Source of the DNA: an uncultured Chloroflexia bacterium
GTDB lineage: Bacteria; Chloroflexota; Limnocylindria; Limnocylindrales; CSP1-4
Length of the DNA stretch: 64,000 bases
Assembly: GCA_963828165.1 (NCBI GenBank)
Contig: CAWHDR010000001.1
Span: 1,344,001-1,408,000 of the forward strand
Direction: 5' to 3'
In this document: one piece after another, positions 48,248 through 60,800 of the stretch
Layout of the letters: every line of letters begins with the position of its first letter
How positions within the stretch are numbered: the stretch's first letter is position 1
The notes under the pieces: model-generated
Told to the model about the DNA's origin: nothing
Seen by the model: the letters and a program-made list of their open reading frames with translations, nothing else
Database searches by the model: none
Program-made: the position numbers and the translations under genes

Positions 48248-49954
48248 ATGAGCTTCCCGTCCGACCTCGACATCGCGCGCTCCGTGACCCCGCGGCCGAT
48301 CGTGGACATCGCCGCCGAGCTGGGCATCCTGCCCGACGAGCTCGAGCTGTACGGACCGACCAAGGCCAAGGTGACGCTCGCTGCGATCACGCGCCTCGAA
48401 GCCGCGCGCCCGCGCGGGAAGTACGTCGTGGTCACGGCGATCACGCCGACGCCGCTCGGCGAGGGCAAGTCGACGACGACGGTGGGCCTTGCCCAGGGCC
48501 TCAACCAGATCGGCCACCGGGCGTCGGTCAATATCCGCCAGCCGTCGCTCGGGCCCGTGTTCGGGATCAAGGGCGGCGCGGCCGGCGGTGGCTACAGCCA
48601 GGTCATCCCGATGGAGGACTTCAACCTCCACCTGACCGGCGACGTCCACGCGATCGGCGCGGCCCACAATCTTGCCGGCGCATTCATCGACAACAGCCTC
48701 CACCACAAGAATCCGCTCGGCATCGACCCGCACGCGGTCCTCTGGCCGCGCGTGCTCGACATCAGCGATCGGGCGCTGCGCCACATCGTCCTTGGGCTCG
48801 GTGGACGCCAGGACGGTGTCCCGCGCGAGACCGAGTTCGTCATCACGGTCGCGTCCGAGGTGATGGCCGTCCTCGCGCTCGCGACCGACATCCACGACCT
48901 GCGGGCGCGGCTGGGACGGACGGTGCTGGCCACGCGCGTTGATGGCACGCCGGTGACCGCGGACGACCTCGGGGTCGCCGGCGCCATGACCGTCCTGCTC
49001 CGCGACGCGATCAAGCCGAACCTGCTCCAGACGCTCGAGGGTGGCCCAGCGTTCGTCCACGCCGGCCCGTTCGCGAACATCGCCCATGGCAACAACTCGA
49101 TCATCGCGGACCGGCTCGCCCTCGCCACGAACGACATCGTCTGCACGGAGGCGGGCTTCGGGGCCGACATGGGTGCCGAGAAGTTCTTCGACATCAAGTG
49201 CCGGGCGTCCGGGCTAGCCCCGGATGCGGCCGTGGTGGTCGCCACCGTCCGGGCACTCAAGATGCACGGCGGGGTCGGCCGCATCGTGGCCGGCAAGCCG
49301 CTCGACCCGGCCCTGCTCGAAGAGAACGTCGAAGCCGTTCGGACCGGGGCGTCGAACCTCGCGGCCCACATCGAGATCGTCCGCAAGTTCGGCATCCCCG
49401 CGGTCGTCGCCATCAATGCCTTCCCGACCGACACGCCCGCCGAGGTCGAAGCGATCCGCGAGGCGGCGCTGGCGGCCGGGGCGCGTGACGCCGTGCTCGC
49501 CACGCACTTCTCGGACGGTGGGAAGGGCGCAACCGCGTTGGCCGAGGCGGTCTGGGACGCCGCGGAGGATCCGTCGCGCTCGTTCCGGCTCCTCTATCCC
49601 GACGAGGCGCCGCTCGGCGAGAAGATCCACACGATCGCGACCCAGATCTACGGGGCGGACGGCATCGACCTGACGCCGGCTGCCCAGAAGTCGCTGAAGC
49701 TGTATGAGTCACTCGGCTTCGGGCACCTGCCGGTCTGCATGGCCAAGACCCAGTACTCGCTCAGCCACGACGCGAACCTCCTCGGCCGGCCGGCGGGCTT
49801 CACGGTGCCGATCCGCGAGATCCGCCTGTCCGCGGGGGCGGGCTTCATCACGCCGTTGTGCGGCGAGATGCGGACGATGCCGGGGCTCCCGTCCGTGCCG
49901 GGCGGTCGCAACATCGACATCGACGCGGATGGGAACGTCGTCGGGCTGTTCTGA
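48248..49954 (+). CDS. fhs: Formate--tetrahydrofolate ligase
   Basis: [46 protein letters not shown] and MAKTQYS. Confidence 0.98.
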   Translation: MSFPSDLDIARSVTPRPIVDIAAELGILPDELELYGPTKAKVTLAAITRLEAARPRGKYVVVTAITPTPLGEGKSTTTVGLAQGLNQIGHRASVNIRQPSLGPVFGIKGGAAGGGYSQVIPMEDFNLHLTGDVHAIGAAHNLAGAFIDNSLHHKNPLGIDPHAVLWPRVLDISDRALRHIVLGLGGRQDGVPRETEFVITVASEVMAVLALATDIHDLRARLGRTVLATRVDGTPVTADDLGVAGAMTVLLRDAIKPNLLQTLEGGPAFVHAGPFANIAHGNNSIIADRLALATNDIVCTEAGFGADMGAEKFFDIKCRASGLAPDAAVVVATVRALKMHGGVGRIVAGKPLDPALLEENVEAVRTGASNLAAHIEIVRKFGIPAVVAINAFPTDTPAEVEAIREAALAAGARDAVLATHFSDGGKGATALAEAVWDAAEDPSRSFRLLYPDEAPLGEKIHTIATQIYGADGIDLTPAAQKSLKLYESLGFGHLPVCMAKTQYSLSHDANLLGRPAGFTVPIREIRLSAGAGFITPLCGEMRTMPGLPSVPGGRNIDIDADGNVVGLF

Positions 49955-49978
49955 GCGCTCCGGAGCGCCGTCGAGCCG

Positions 49979-50566
49979 TCAGGACTCCCGTCGCCGACCC
50001 GCCACCAGGAAGATGCCGGCCGCCAGGCCCGTGAGGGCGACGAGACCCACGAGGATCGCGATGACTCCGGTGACCACTGGCTCGGCGGTTCCGCTCGGAT
50101 CGGGTTGCGCCACCGGGACTGCCGGCGGACCCAGCACCTCCGTCGCCGACTGGAGCATCCGTTGCCCCTCGGGCGTGGCGAGCGCGGCGTGGGGCGAGCA
50201 CAGGTTGACCCCGAACTTGCCGGCTTCAGCCCGATAGGCGGCGAAGATCCATTCGCTGTTGGCCGGTGGCCGCGCCGTCCCGCACGTCCCGCCCAACGGA
50301 TCCTCGAAGCTCGCGTTGTCGAGCCAAACCACGGCCTGCGGCGCCGCGCCACGGAACCAGCCGGTGAGGACGACGGGCGTACCCTGCGCAGCGGGCTCCT
50401 GGACCACGCCCGTGAAGATCGCCTGCTCGGGGTCGCGCGCGGCGGTGGCGATGGGATCGGCGTCCATGATGCAACTGCAGGCCACGGCGGAGCCCACCGC
50501 GACCGGGCGGACGAGCAGCCCCAGGCTGAGCGCCATCATCGCGATGAGGATTCGACGGCGTCTCAT
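49979..50566 (-). CDS. Secreted/membrane-anchored protein with N-terminal ACSC (TIMP/NTR-like) motif
   Basis: Signal peptide, AVACSC, further Cys residues, and a C-terminal TM plus RRR. Confidence 0.7.
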   Translation of the reverse strand: MRRRRILIAMMALSLGLLVRPVAVGSAVACSCIMDADPIATAARDPEQAIFTGVVQEPAAQGTPVVLTGWFRGAAPQAVVWLDNASFEDPLGGTCGTARPPANSEWIFAAYRAEAGKFGVNLCSPHAALATPEGQRMLQSATEVLGPPAVPVAQPDPSGTAEPVVTGVIAILVGLVALTGLAAGIFLVAGRRRES

Positions 50567-50710
50567 GGGAAACCCTCCGGAGTCGGCGGGAGACGGAGCG
50601 ATGGACGTGGGACGTTCATCCGCAGGGACGGGCCGACACTCGGCGATGTTCCGTAGACGGGCGGCCGAGCTCTCCCCGGCCAGTGACCCGGCGAGTGGCA
50701 GCGGTTGTGG

Positions 50711-50932
50711 TCAGGCAGGCAACGTCGCGAGCACGAAGGCGGCGGCAACGGCCAGCCCGAGCAGGACCCCGAGGATCGCCGCACCCCAGGCCGGCCCATC
50801 CACTGGGCCGAGCGCCTGCTCGGCATGAGCGTGATCGTCGTGCCCGTGCTCGTCGCCGTGATCTTCGGTCGCGTGGTGGGCCACTGCGCCATCGTGGCCC
50901 GGTGCGTCCGTCTCGTGCTCGTCAGTCGCCAT
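50711..50932 (-). CDS. Small His-rich protein with C-terminal TM
   Basis: DHGDEHGHDDHAH..LGPVD..AW plus TM; GGAGG upstream. Confidence 0.7.
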   Translation of the reverse strand: MATDEHETDAPGHDGAVAHHATEDHGDEHGHDDHAHAEQALGPVDGPAWGAAILGVLLGLAVAAAFVLATLPA

Positions 50933-50997
50933 GCATGACCTCCGGACCGGATTGTCGCAGACCGGCCCCGCGCGGACGAGCCCGTAGACTCGGTCGC

Positions 50998-52311
50998 ATG
51001 TCTCCTGACAGGCCCGCCGCCGACGTCGATGCCGGACTCGTGGCCAGCCTTCGCGGCCTGGACCGGAACGGCCGTGCCCTGTTCGCGATGCGGACCCTGC
51101 GGATGTTCGGCTACGGCTTCCTCGCGGTCGCCCTGGTCCTGTATCTCGACGCCCTCGGTCTCGACGCCTGGACGATCGGAGTCGTGCTCACGCTCACGCT
51201 CGTCGGCGACACGATCGTCTCGCTCTGGCTGACGACCCACGCCGATCGGCTGGGCCGGCGCCGCGTGCTCGTCGCGGGGTCGATCCTGATGGTTGTCGCC
51301 GGCGTGGTGTTTGCGCTCACCGACTGGGTGCCGCTGCTCATCGTCGCGGCGACGATCGGGGTCATCTCGCCGACCGGCAACGAAGTCGGCCCATTCCTCG
51401 CCATCGAGCAGGCCGCGCTGTCCCAGACCGTGCCCGAGCGTCGGCGTACGGCCACCTTCGCCTGGTACAACCTCGCCGGCTACCTGGCGACGGCGAGTGG
51501 TGCGCTCGGGGCCGGGCTGATCAGCCAGGTCCTGCTGGATCAAGGTGTGCCGGCGGTGGATGCTTATCGGGCGGTCGTCATCGGCTACGCCGTGGTCGGC
51601 CTCGGCCTGGCCGCTGGCTTCTCGCGGCTGGGCAGCGCCATCGAGGCGCCGCGGGCGGAGCGCAGGGGCGATGTGCGCGAGCGCTTCGGCCTGCATCGCT
51701 CGCGACGTGTCGTCCTGCGGCTGTCGGCCCTCTTCTCGCTCGACGCGTTTGCCGGCGGGTTCATCCCGCAAAGCCTGATGGCCTACTGGTTCCACGTCCG
51801 ATTCGGCGTGGAGCCGGCGATCCTCGGGGCCATCTTCTTCGGGGCCAACCTGCTGGCCGCCGTCTCGTCGCTGTCCGCTGCCCGGATCGCGGCGCGGATC
51901 GGGCTCGTCAACACGATGGTCTTCACCCATCTCCCCTCGAACGTCCTGCTCATCCTCGTCCCGCTGATGCCGAACCTGGAGCTGGCCGTCGCGGTGCTGC
52001 TGTTGCGGTTCAGCCTGAGCCAGATGGACGTGCCGACCCGGCAGTCGTACGTGATCTCCGTGGTGGATCCTGATGAACGTTCCGCGGCGGCTGGGGTGAC
52101 CGGCGTCGCCCGGAACGCCGGGGCGGCGATCTCGCCTTCACTGTCGGCGGTGATGATGGCGAATGCGGGCCTGATCGCCCTGCCATTCTTCCTCGCCGGC
52201 GGTCTGAAGATCGCCTACGACCTGCTGCTCTACCGCGACTTCCGATCGCAGTCGGAGCCCAGTGCGCCGGAGGGTGGGCCTAGACGGGACGAGCCGCGCG
52301 CCGCGGCTTGA
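50998..52311 (+). CDS. MFS transporter
   Basis: ADRLGRRR, GNEVGPF..IEQA and SQMDVPTRQSY; about 12 TM. Confidence 0.92.
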   Translation: MSPDRPAADVDAGLVASLRGLDRNGRALFAMRTLRMFGYGFLAVALVLYLDALGLDAWTIGVVLTLTLVGDTIVSLWLTTHADRLGRRRVLVAGSILMVVAGVVFALTDWVPLLIVAATIGVISPTGNEVGPFLAIEQAALSQTVPERRRTATFAWYNLAGYLATASGALGAGLISQVLLDQGVPAVDAYRAVVIGYAVVGLGLAAGFSRLGSAIEAPRAERRGDVRERFGLHRSRRVVLRLSALFSLDAFAGGFIPQSLMAYWFHVRFGVEPAILGAIFFGANLLAAVSSLSAARIAARIGLVNTMVFTHLPSNVLLILVPLMPNLELAVAVLLLRFSLSQMDVPTRQSYVISVVDPDERSAAAGVTGVARNAGAAISPSLSAVMMANAGLIALPFFLAGGLKIAYDLLLYRDFRSQSEPSAPEGGPRRDEPRAAA

Positions 52312-52951
52312 TGATCCGGAACCAGATCCACGCGAGCACGACGACGCCGATCACGGCCAGGATCGCGTACTCGAACTGCTTGAGAAAGCCGCCGATCGTC
52401 TCCCAGTTGGCTCCGAGCTGGACGCCGGCAAAGACGAGCAGCGCCGTGAACGGCAGCGACCCCAGGAACGAGAAGACCGTGAAGCGCATGAGGGGCATGT
52501 GTGCGATGCCCGCTGCGAACGACACGAGCGAGCGGATGACCGGGATCATCCGACCGAAGAAGCTCGCGGCGTTCCCGTAGCGCAGGAAGAACGCGTCCGC
52601 CTTGTCGAGATCAGCGAGGGTGATGCCGAAGATCCGGCCCCAGCGCTCGAGGATGGGACGACCCCCCCAGGCGCCGATGCCGTACGCGACGAGCGACCCG
52701 ACCGTAGCCCCGAGGGTTCCGGCGAGGACCACGAGCCAGTACGACCATGGCTGCCCGGTCAGCGGCTCGATGGCGTCGCCTTCGCCCACGAGGAACCCGG
52801 CGAACGGCAGTACGAGCTCCGAGGGGATCGGCACGATGACGCTCTCGATGGCGACCCACAGGGCCACGCCGAGATACCCGACGGCCTCGTAGACCTGGGT
52901 CACCAGGTCGCGGACCGGGCCGTTCAGGAAGTCGAACACGGCCGGGAGCAT
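52280..52951 (-). CDS. DedA family membrane protein
   Basis: ES...PIPSE...PFAG and FFGRMIP.IRS..S..AG. Confidence 0.92.
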   Translation of the reverse strand: MLPAVFDFLNGPVRDLVTQVYEAVGYLGVALWVAIESVIVPIPSELVLPFAGFLVGEGDAIEPLTGQPWSYWLVVLAGTLGATVGSLVAYGIGAWGGRPILERWGRIFGITLADLDKADAFFLRYGNAASFFGRMIPVIRSLVSFAAGIAHMPLMRFTVFSFLGSLPFTALLVFAGVQLGANWETIGGFLKQFEYAILAVIGVVVLAWIWFRIIKPRRAARPV

Positions 52952-52971
52952 AGCCGACTATCCTCGGCGAC

Positions 52972-54570
52972 GTGACCGAACCGAAGGTCGTCCTGACCGG
53001 CGCGGACCTCGCGATCGCCGACGTTGAAGCCGTGGCTCGTGGCAACGCGACGGTCGAACTGGACGCGAACGCGCGGGAGCGGATGCAGGAGGCACGTGAC
53101 GTCATCGAGGCGCTCGTCGCCGAGGGCGCCGTCGTCTACGGCGTCACGACCGGTTTCGGCGACCTCGCGTCCACGTTCATCGAGCCGGCCCAGGCCGGCC
53201 AGCTCCAGGAGAACCTCCTGATGAGCCACGCCGCCGGGGTCGGGGCGGCGTTCCCGCGCGAGATCGTCCGGGCGATGCTGCTGCTTCGGGCGAATACGCT
53301 GGCCCTGGGGCACAGCGGTTGCCGGCCATTGATCGTCGATCGGTTGTTGGCCATGCTCGTCGCCGGGGTCCACCCGGTCGTGCCCGAGCAGGGCAGCCTG
53401 GGCGCGTCCGGTGACCTGGCGCCACTTGCCCATTTGGCGCTGCCGTTGATCGGGCGCGGGCAGGTCGAGTTCCGTGGCCAGGTCCTGCCGGCGCTCCTCG
53501 CCCTCCGCGAGGTCGGCCTGGAGCCATTGAACCTCGAGGCCAAGGAGGGCCTGGCCCTGCTGAACGGGACCCAGATGATGGGCGCCATCGGGGCGCTGTT
53601 GCTCGCGGATTCGGACCGGCTGGTTCGGACCGCGAGCGTCGCGGCGGCGATGTCGGTCGAGGCGCTGCTCGGGACGGATGTGGCGTTCGCGGCGGCCTAC
53701 CAGCTCGCCCGGCCGCACCCCGGCCAGATCCAGGTGGCCACAGAGCTGCGGCACCTGCTGCGCGACAGCGGGCTGCAGCGGGCGCATCACGGCTCGGCCC
53801 ACAAGGTTCAGGATCCCTACTCGCTGCGCTGCGTGCCGCAGGTCCACGGCGCGGTGCGCGACGCACTCGATCACCTCCGGCGTGTCCTGGACATCGAGCT
53901 CAACTCCGCCACCGACAACCCGCTGGTGTTCCCGGGAGGTGGTGTCGCCGATGCCGACACGATCGCGACCGGTGGCGGGCGCGTCATCAGCGGCGGCAAC
54001 TTCCACGGCGAACCGATCGCCCTGGCGCTCGATTTCGCGAAGCTTGCCCTGGCCGAGCTCGGGTCGATCAGCGAACGGCGCACCGCCCTGCTCGTGGACC
54101 ATCGATTGAACGGCGGGCTGCCGCCGTTCCTGGCGCGGTCGTCGGGCGTCGAGTCCGGGATGATGATCTACCAATACACGGCCGCGGCCCTGGTGAGTGA
54201 GCACAAGGTGCTGGCCCATCCGGCGTCCGTCGACTCGATCCCGACCTCGGCCAACCAGGAGGATCACGTCTCGATGGGGTCGATCGCTGCGCGCCACGCG
54301 CGGGCGGTGCTGACCGGCGTCGAGCGCATCCTCGCCATCGAGCTCCTCGTCGCCGCTCAGGCGCTCGATCTGCGCCAGGCACTACGGGCATCGGCCGGAG
54401 AGGAGGCCGCGGCGCCGGGCGCCGGCGTGGACGAAGCCCACCAGCGGATCCGGGCTCGCATCTCGCATCTGGATCGCGATCGCGAGCCGGGGCCTGACCT
54501 CGCGGCGGCGACCGCGATGGTCCACGACGGGGTGCTGGAGGATCTGGCCGGGCCGGGAGGCCTCGCATGA
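52972..54570 (+). CDS. hutH: Histidine ammonia-lyase
   Basis: VYGVTTGFG, GSLGASGDLAPLAH (MIO ASG), QDPYSLRC.PQVHG and SANQEDHVSMG. Confidence 0.96.
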   Translation: MTEPKVVLTGADLAIADVEAVARGNATVELDANARERMQEARDVIEALVAEGAVVYGVTTGFGDLASTFIEPAQAGQLQENLLMSHAAGVGAAFPREIVRAMLLLRANTLALGHSGCRPLIVDRLLAMLVAGVHPVVPEQGSLGASGDLAPLAHLALPLIGRGQVEFRGQVLPALLALREVGLEPLNLEAKEGLALLNGTQMMGAIGALLLADSDRLVRTASVAAAMSVEALLGTDVAFAAAYQLARPHPGQIQVATELRHLLRDSGLQRAHHGSAHKVQDPYSLRCVPQVHGAVRDALDHLRRVLDIELNSATDNPLVFPGGGVADADTIATGGGRVISGGNFHGEPIALALDFAKLALAELGSISERRTALLVDHRLNGGLPPFLARSSGVESGMMIYQYTAAALVSEHKVLAHPASVDSIPTSANQEDHVSMGSIAARHARAVLTGVERILAIELLVAAQALDLRQALRASAGEEAAAPGAGVDEAHQRIRARISHLDRDREPGPDLAAATAMVHDGVLEDLAGPGGLA

Positions 54571-55361
54571 CGCCAGCGCCGGGTCGCATCGAGATCGTGG
54601 ACGTCACGGACGAATCGACGTTCGCCCTCCTGCCTCCGTGCGCGGATCCGGGGTTCGATCACCGGTCGTGCGACTACTGGGAGGATGCGGACCGCGGATC
54701 GAAGGTGATCCGTCTCGACTGGATCGAGCCGGGCGGAGCCGTCACGCCCGAGCCGCCGCCCCGAGCGGCGCCGGCTAACCCGTTCCTGGCAGACCTCGAG
54801 GAACGTCGGGCGAATCCCTTCGCGGTCGGGCTGGGCAGTGGCGGCACCGGCGCGGCCAACCCGCTCCTCCCCGAGGACGATGCCCTCGCCGACAACCCGT
54901 TCGCCCCGCGACGTGCCCCTCGGCCGACGGTCGCCGACACGGCGCCTCGCAAGCTCCGGCTGCTGGCGCGCGGACTCGGCGTGGCGGGCAGTTACGCGAA
55001 GGTCCTGCTCGCGAACGAGGTGCCCGCCGCCTACTGCCAGTTCGGGCCGTTGACGGCCTACCCACGCGCCCAGCGGACCCGTGACCTGTATCCGGCCCTG
55101 CCCGATGCGCCGCTGCCGGCAGTCATCACCTGCATCGCGTCGACCGGGGCGGCACGTGGCGCCGGACTGGCGAAGGCGCTGGTGGCCGCGGTCTGCGAGG
55201 ACCTCGAAGGCCGCGGCTTCGCGGCGGTCGAGACGTATCCCGAGATCGGGGCGCGACCGGACGCGACGAGCGCCGCCACACCCGCGTTCTGGGAATCGGT
55301 CGGGTTCGTCACGGCGGCGCCGGACGAGCGGTTCCCCGTCATGCGCCGCGAGCTCGGGTGA
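54567..55361 (+). CDS. GNAT-like hypothetical protein with an NPF-repeat insertion
   Basis: C.YWE, YCQFGP, ITCI, ARG.GLA..LV and AVETYP. Confidence 0.7.
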   Translation: MTPAPGRIEIVDVTDESTFALLPPCADPGFDHRSCDYWEDADRGSKVIRLDWIEPGGAVTPEPPPRAAPANPFLADLEERRANPFAVGLGSGGTGAANPLLPEDDALADNPFAPRRAPRPTVADTAPRKLRLLARGLGVAGSYAKVLLANEVPAAYCQFGPLTAYPRAQRTRDLYPALPDAPLPAVITCIASTGAARGAGLAKALVAAVCEDLEGRGFAAVETYPEIGARPDATSAATPAFWESVGFVTAAPDERFPVMRRELG

Positions 55362-55997
55362 GGCGTTCGAAGGTCGCCGCCGCTACTGCCGTGATCCTGG
55401 CCTGCATCTACACCGTCGCCGGATGCGGGCCGCCGATCCCCACCGCCGCCGCACCGTCGCCGCCCCCGTCGGCTGCCGTCCCCTCGCCGGCAGCGCCATC
55501 GTCAGCCGCCTCGCCGCCCTCGTCGGCGTCCGGGAGCCATCGCGCTCGACCCGGCTCTCCTCGACCTCCTCCCCGACGAGGTCGGGGGTCAGGCCCTCCG
55601 ACCTGACGACGAAACCGCCGTCGAGCTCGCCGGCAACGGCGGTCTTGCCGCCGACATCGAGGCGATCGCCGTCGGGCTCTATATCCACCCCGGATCGTCC
55701 ACGGCCGACGACCTGGCCATCGTGAACGTCGTCCGCCTTCGACCGGGCGTCTTCGGCGACGCGTGGTTCCGGTCGTGGCGCGACACCTACGACACCGGCG
55801 CTTGTGAGATCGCCGGCGGGGTCGCGCCAGGGGCGGCGGTGTCCGATATCAGCGGCCGCGAAACGCACATCGGTTCGTGCCAGGGTGGCGTGCATACCTA
55901 CCACGTCCACCTGGCGAGCCCGGACCGGATCGTCTCCATCACCGCCGCCGGCGAGGGGCGCTTCGGCGAGCGCGTCGTGGCCGGCCTGACGGAGTAG
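55358..55997 (+). CDS. Hypothetical lipoprotein, frameshifted
   Basis: VAGC lipobox in ORF 55358..55606; C-terminus in ORF 55722..55997. Confidence 0.6.
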
Positions 55998-56007
55998 CCT
56001 GTCGGCC

Positions 56008-57672
56008 ATGCCAGGAGCCGGTCCCCGTCCCGTCCGTGCGCCGCGCGGCCCAGAGTTGACCTGTCGAGGGTGGGCCCAGGAGGCGGCCCTCCGGATGCTG
56101 ATGAACAACCTCGACCCAGACGTCGCCGAGGACCCGGATCACCTCGTCGTGTACGGCGGCACGGGACGTGCGGTTCGCAGCTGGGACGCCTTCGATGCGA
56201 TCGTCCGCGAGCTGCGTGTCCTCGCCGACGACGAGACCCTTCTGGTCCAGAGCGGCAAGCCCGTCGGGGTGCTGCGGACCCACGAATGGGCGCCACGGGT
56301 CCTCATCGCCAACTCCAACCTCGTCGGGAAGTGGGCGACCTGGGAGTACTTCCGCGAGCTCGAGCGACAGGGGCTCACGATGTACGGCCAGATGACCGCC
56401 GGATCGTGGATCTACATCGGGACGCAGGGGATCCTGCAGGGCACGTACGAGACCTTCGCGGAGGCGGCCCGCCAGCACTTCGACGGCACGCTCCGGGGGA
56501 CCGTGACCCTCACCGCAGGTCTCGGCGGGATGGGCGGCGCCCAGCCGCTCGCCGTGACGATGAACGAGGGCGTGTGCCTGGCGATCGAGGTCGACGAGGC
56601 CCGAGCGCGCCGCCGGCTCGAGATCGGCTACGTCGACCTGCTCACCCATGATGCCGCGGAGGCGCTCGCGTGGGCGCGCGCCGCGGCCCGCGATGGTGAC
56701 GCGACCTCGATCGCGCTCGTCGGCAACGCCGCTGAGATCGAGCCCGCCTGGGCCGCGGCCGGCGAGCGGTTCGATCTCGTCACCGACCAGACGTCCGCCC
56801 ACGATGCGCTCGCCGGGTACGTCCCCGACGAGATGACCCTCGCCGACGCGCTGACCCTGCGCTCCACCCAGCCCGCCGAATACGAGCGCCGCTCGCGGGC
56901 CGCCATGGCTGCCCACGTCAGGGCGATGCTCGCGTTCCATCGAGCGGGCGCGATCGTCTTCGACTACGGCAACAACCTTCGGGCCCAGGCAGCCGACGCC
57001 GGGGTTGCCGACGCGTTCGACTATCCGGGGTTCGTGCCCGCGTTCATCCGGCCCCAGTTCTGCGAGGGCCGCGGGCCCTTCCGCTGGGCTGCCCTGTCGG
57101 GCGACGCCGCCGACATCGCGCGGACCGACCAGGCGGTCCTCGAGCTCTTCCCCGACGATGCCGGGCTGCGGCGCTGGATCGAGATGGCGCAGGCACGCGT
57201 GCCATTCCAGGGACTGCCGGCCCGGATCTGCTGGCTCGGGTACGGCGAACGCGCAAGGGCCGGTCTCGCCTTCAACGAGCTGGTGCGGACCGGCGAGGTC
57301 GCCGCCCCGATCGTCATCGGCCGCGACCACCTGGACGCGGGCTCCGTTGCCTCGCCCAACCGTGAGACCGAGGCGATGGCCGACGGTTCCGACGCCGTGG
57401 CCGACTGGCCGCTCCTGAACGCCCTCGTCAATACGGCCGCCGGCGCCTCGTGGGTGTCGATCCACCACGGCGGCGGCGTCGGGATCGGGTACTCGCAGCA
57501 TGCCGGCATGGTGGTCGTGGCTGACGGCACCGACCTCGCGGCACAGAAGCTGGAACGGGTCCTCACGACGGACCCGGCGATGGGCGTCTTGCGGCACGTG
57601 GACGCGGGGTACGACCGGGCGATCGAGGTCGCCGGGGAGCGCGGCATCCGGGTGCCGATGCTGGACCAGTAG
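56008..57672 (+). CDS. hutU: Urocanate hydratase
   Basis: [37 protein letters not shown] and HHGGGVG.G. Confidence 0.98.
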   Translation: MPGAGPRPVRAPRGPELTCRGWAQEAALRMLMNNLDPDVAEDPDHLVVYGGTGRAVRSWDAFDAIVRELRVLADDETLLVQSGKPVGVLRTHEWAPRVLIANSNLVGKWATWEYFRELERQGLTMYGQMTAGSWIYIGTQGILQGTYETFAEAARQHFDGTLRGTVTLTAGLGGMGGAQPLAVTMNEGVCLAIEVDEARARRRLEIGYVDLLTHDAAEALAWARAAARDGDATSIALVGNAAEIEPAWAAAGERFDLVTDQTSAHDALAGYVPDEMTLADALTLRSTQPAEYERRSRAAMAAHVRAMLAFHRAGAIVFDYGNNLRAQAADAGVADAFDYPGFVPAFIRPQFCEGRGPFRWAALSGDAADIARTDQAVLELFPDDAGLRRWIEMAQARVPFQGLPARICWLGYGERARAGLAFNELVRTGEVAAPIVIGRDHLDAGSVASPNRETEAMADGSDAVADWPLLNALVNTAAGASWVSIHHGGGVGIGYSQHAGMVVVADGTDLAAQKLERVLTTDPAMGVLRHVDAGYDRAIEVAGERGIRVPMLDQ

Positions 57673-57816
57673 CGGCCGGCGTGGCCGACCGCCCGGTGCC
57701 AGGGCGCACCGTTGATGGTGGAGTCCAGGGCAGTCGTGTGGGCTTTGGTATGGCATCGCCGGTACAGTGACGCGATACCGAAGCGGCACTTGCTTCGAGG
57801 AGGAGGACGACCCGTC

Positions 57817-60800
57817 GTGTCCGTCAGTCACCGCGCCCCCGCACGCCCCCTGATCCTTGCCCTGATCGCCGCGATGGCGATCGCCGCCCTCCCGGCCGGG
57901 AGGGCGCTCGCCTTCACGCTGGACCCGGCTACCGTTTGGATCAACGAGATCCACTACGACAACACCGGGGCGGACGCCGGCGAGACCGTCGAGATCGCCG
58001 GGCCGGCCGGAACCGACCTCACGGGCTGGACCCTCGTCGGATACAACGGGAGTGGCGGCGCCCCGTACGAAACCAAGGCATTGACCGAGACCATTCCTGA
58101 TCAACAGAACGGCTTCGGCACAGTGAAAGTCGACTTCGTCGGGCTCCAGAACGGGTCACCGGACGCCATCGCTCTTGTCCATGGATCCGACTTGGTCCAG
58201 TTCCTCAGCTACGAAGGGACCTTCACCGGAGTCGGTGGTGCCGCGAACGGTGAATTGAGCACGGACATCGGCGTATCGGAGAACGGCGCTGGAGCCGCCG
58301 GGAACTCCCTACGGCTCACGGGCACCGGCTCGACCTACCAGGACTTCACCTGGAACGCCGAGGCGGCATCGAGCTGGGCATCCCCGAATCCCGGACAGAC
58401 CTTCCAGGCCGATCCGGGCGATGCGACCCCGTCCGTCGCCCTCACGACGCCGCTCGATGGCGCGACGAACGTCCCGGCGAACGCACCCATCAGGATCACG
58501 TTCAGCGAGCCCGTGACCCTCGACGCCGAGGCGGCGATCCTCTCCTGCAAGGAAGCGACGCTCGCCCCGACCGACGATCCGAAGGTCTTCGAGTTCGTCT
58601 ACCTCCCGCCATTGCCCGCAGGGGGCACGTGCGGCTACACCATCGACAGGACCAAGGTCCACGACGTCGATACCGACGATCCGCCTGATGGGATGGCATC
58701 CGACGTCACGGTCAGCTTCACCGTCGCGACACCGGTCGTCGTCAGCCCGGACATCAAGATCAGCCAGGTCTACGGTGGCGGCGGCAACGCCGGCGCCGAC
58801 TATCGAAACGACTTCATCGAGTTGTTCAACCGCAGCGCGGCGGACGTATCGGTCGCCGGGTGGTCCGTCCAGTACGCATCGTCGACAGGCGCGACCTGGC
58901 AGGTGACGCCCCTGAGCGGATCCGTTCCGGCCGGCAAGCACTACCTGATCCAGGAGGCCGCCGGCGCCGGCGGCACCCTCTTCCTGCCGGATCCGGACGC
59001 GACCGGGACGATCCCGATGTCCGCGACCGCCGGCAAGGTCGCGTTGGTCGCCTCGACCACCCCGCTTACGGGCACCTGCCCGACCGGCGGCGCCATCGTG
59101 GACTTCGTTGGCTACGGCACGGCTGCCAACTGCTTCGAAGGGGCCGGCCCGACGGGGGCCACCAGCAACACGACCGCCGCCCTGCGCAAGGGTGAAGGCG
59201 CCACCGACACCGACAACAACAACGCGGACTTCGTCATCGGCGCCCCGAACCCGCGCGCGGCCCACGACTCCGCCCCGCGCGTCGCGTCAACCTTCCCGGC
59301 GGCCACCGCGACCGGCGTCCCGTCCTGGGCCAACCTGACGATCACGTTCAGCGAGCCCGTCGACGTCACCGACGGCTGGTACTCCATCAATTGCGCGACG
59401 AGCGGAAGCCACGCCGCGACGGCATCGGGCGGGCCCGGCACCTTCACGCTGGATCCGACCGCGAACTTCGTCGGCGGCGAGGCCTGCACCGTCACGGTCG
59501 TCGCGGCCAACGTGACCGATGAGGACACCGACGATCCGCCGAACGCCATGGCCGCGGACCACGTCTTGAGCTTCACCGTCGCCGCGGACGTCACGTGCGG
59601 CGACCCGGCCACCTTCATCCACCAGATCCAGGGCAGTGGCCTCGCTTCGCCCCTCGTCAACCAGACCGTCGAGGTCCAGGGCGTCGTCGTCGGCGCCTAT
59701 CCGGGCGCCAACGGCTTCCAGGGCCTCCATGTCCAGGAAGAGGACGGCGATCACGATACGGATCCTGCGACGTCCGAGGGCATCTTCATCTTCGAACCCA
59801 ACGGCGGCGCCACGTACGCCGTGGGGGACGTCGTCCGGATCAAGGGACGGGTCACGGAGTTCACGACCACCGGCGTGACGCTGACCGAGCTCACGAATCT
59901 CAACAACCTCGTCGTGTGCGCCAGTGGCCAGACGGTCACCCCTGCCACCGTGAGCCTGCCGTTCTCGTCATTGACCTTTGCCGAGCGTTTCGAAGGCATG
60001 CTCGTGGACATCGACCAGGAGCTGAGCGTCACCGAGACCTTCACCCTCGGACGGTTCGGCGAGGTCGTCCTGTCCTCGGGCGGCCGCCTGATCACCCCGA
60101 CCAACGTCGTCGCCCCGGGCGCACCGGCGATCGCCATGCAGGCAGAGAACGACCGGAATCGGATCGTGCTCGACGACGGCGACAATCGCCAGAACCTCGA
60201 CCCGACGCTCTACCCGACCGGCGGGCTGAGTGCATCCAACACGCTGCGCATCGGTGACTCGACCGACGGCGGCACCTTCGTCCTGGAGCAGCGGTTCGGG
60301 ACCTACCGGCTCCAGCCGACAGCGACCCTGCCGACCTTCGAGCCGACCAACCCACGGCCCGAGGACCCGGACGGGGTCGGCGGCACCATCAAGGTGGCGT
60401 CGATGAACGTCCTCAACTACTTCACGACGCTCGACACCAATCCGGGCAGCGGCAACGGCCCGGACATCTGCGGCCCCTCCCTCCTGGAGTGCCGGGGCGC
60501 CAACACCGAGTTCGAGCTCGATCGCCAGCGAGCCAAGATCCTGAGCGCGCTCATCGGTCTCGACGCCGATGTCGTCGGGCTGATGGAGATCGAGAACAAC
60601 GACCATGAAGCCGTGGCTGACCTCGTCGAGGGGCTCAACGAGATCCTCGGCGCTGGCACGTACGACTACATCGACACTGGCACCATCGGGACGGACGCGA
60701 TCAAAGTCGCGTTCATCTATCAGCCCGCGTCCGCAACCCCGGTCGGCGAGTACGCGATCCTCGACTCCACCGTCGACCCGCGCTTCCTCGACCAGCGCAA

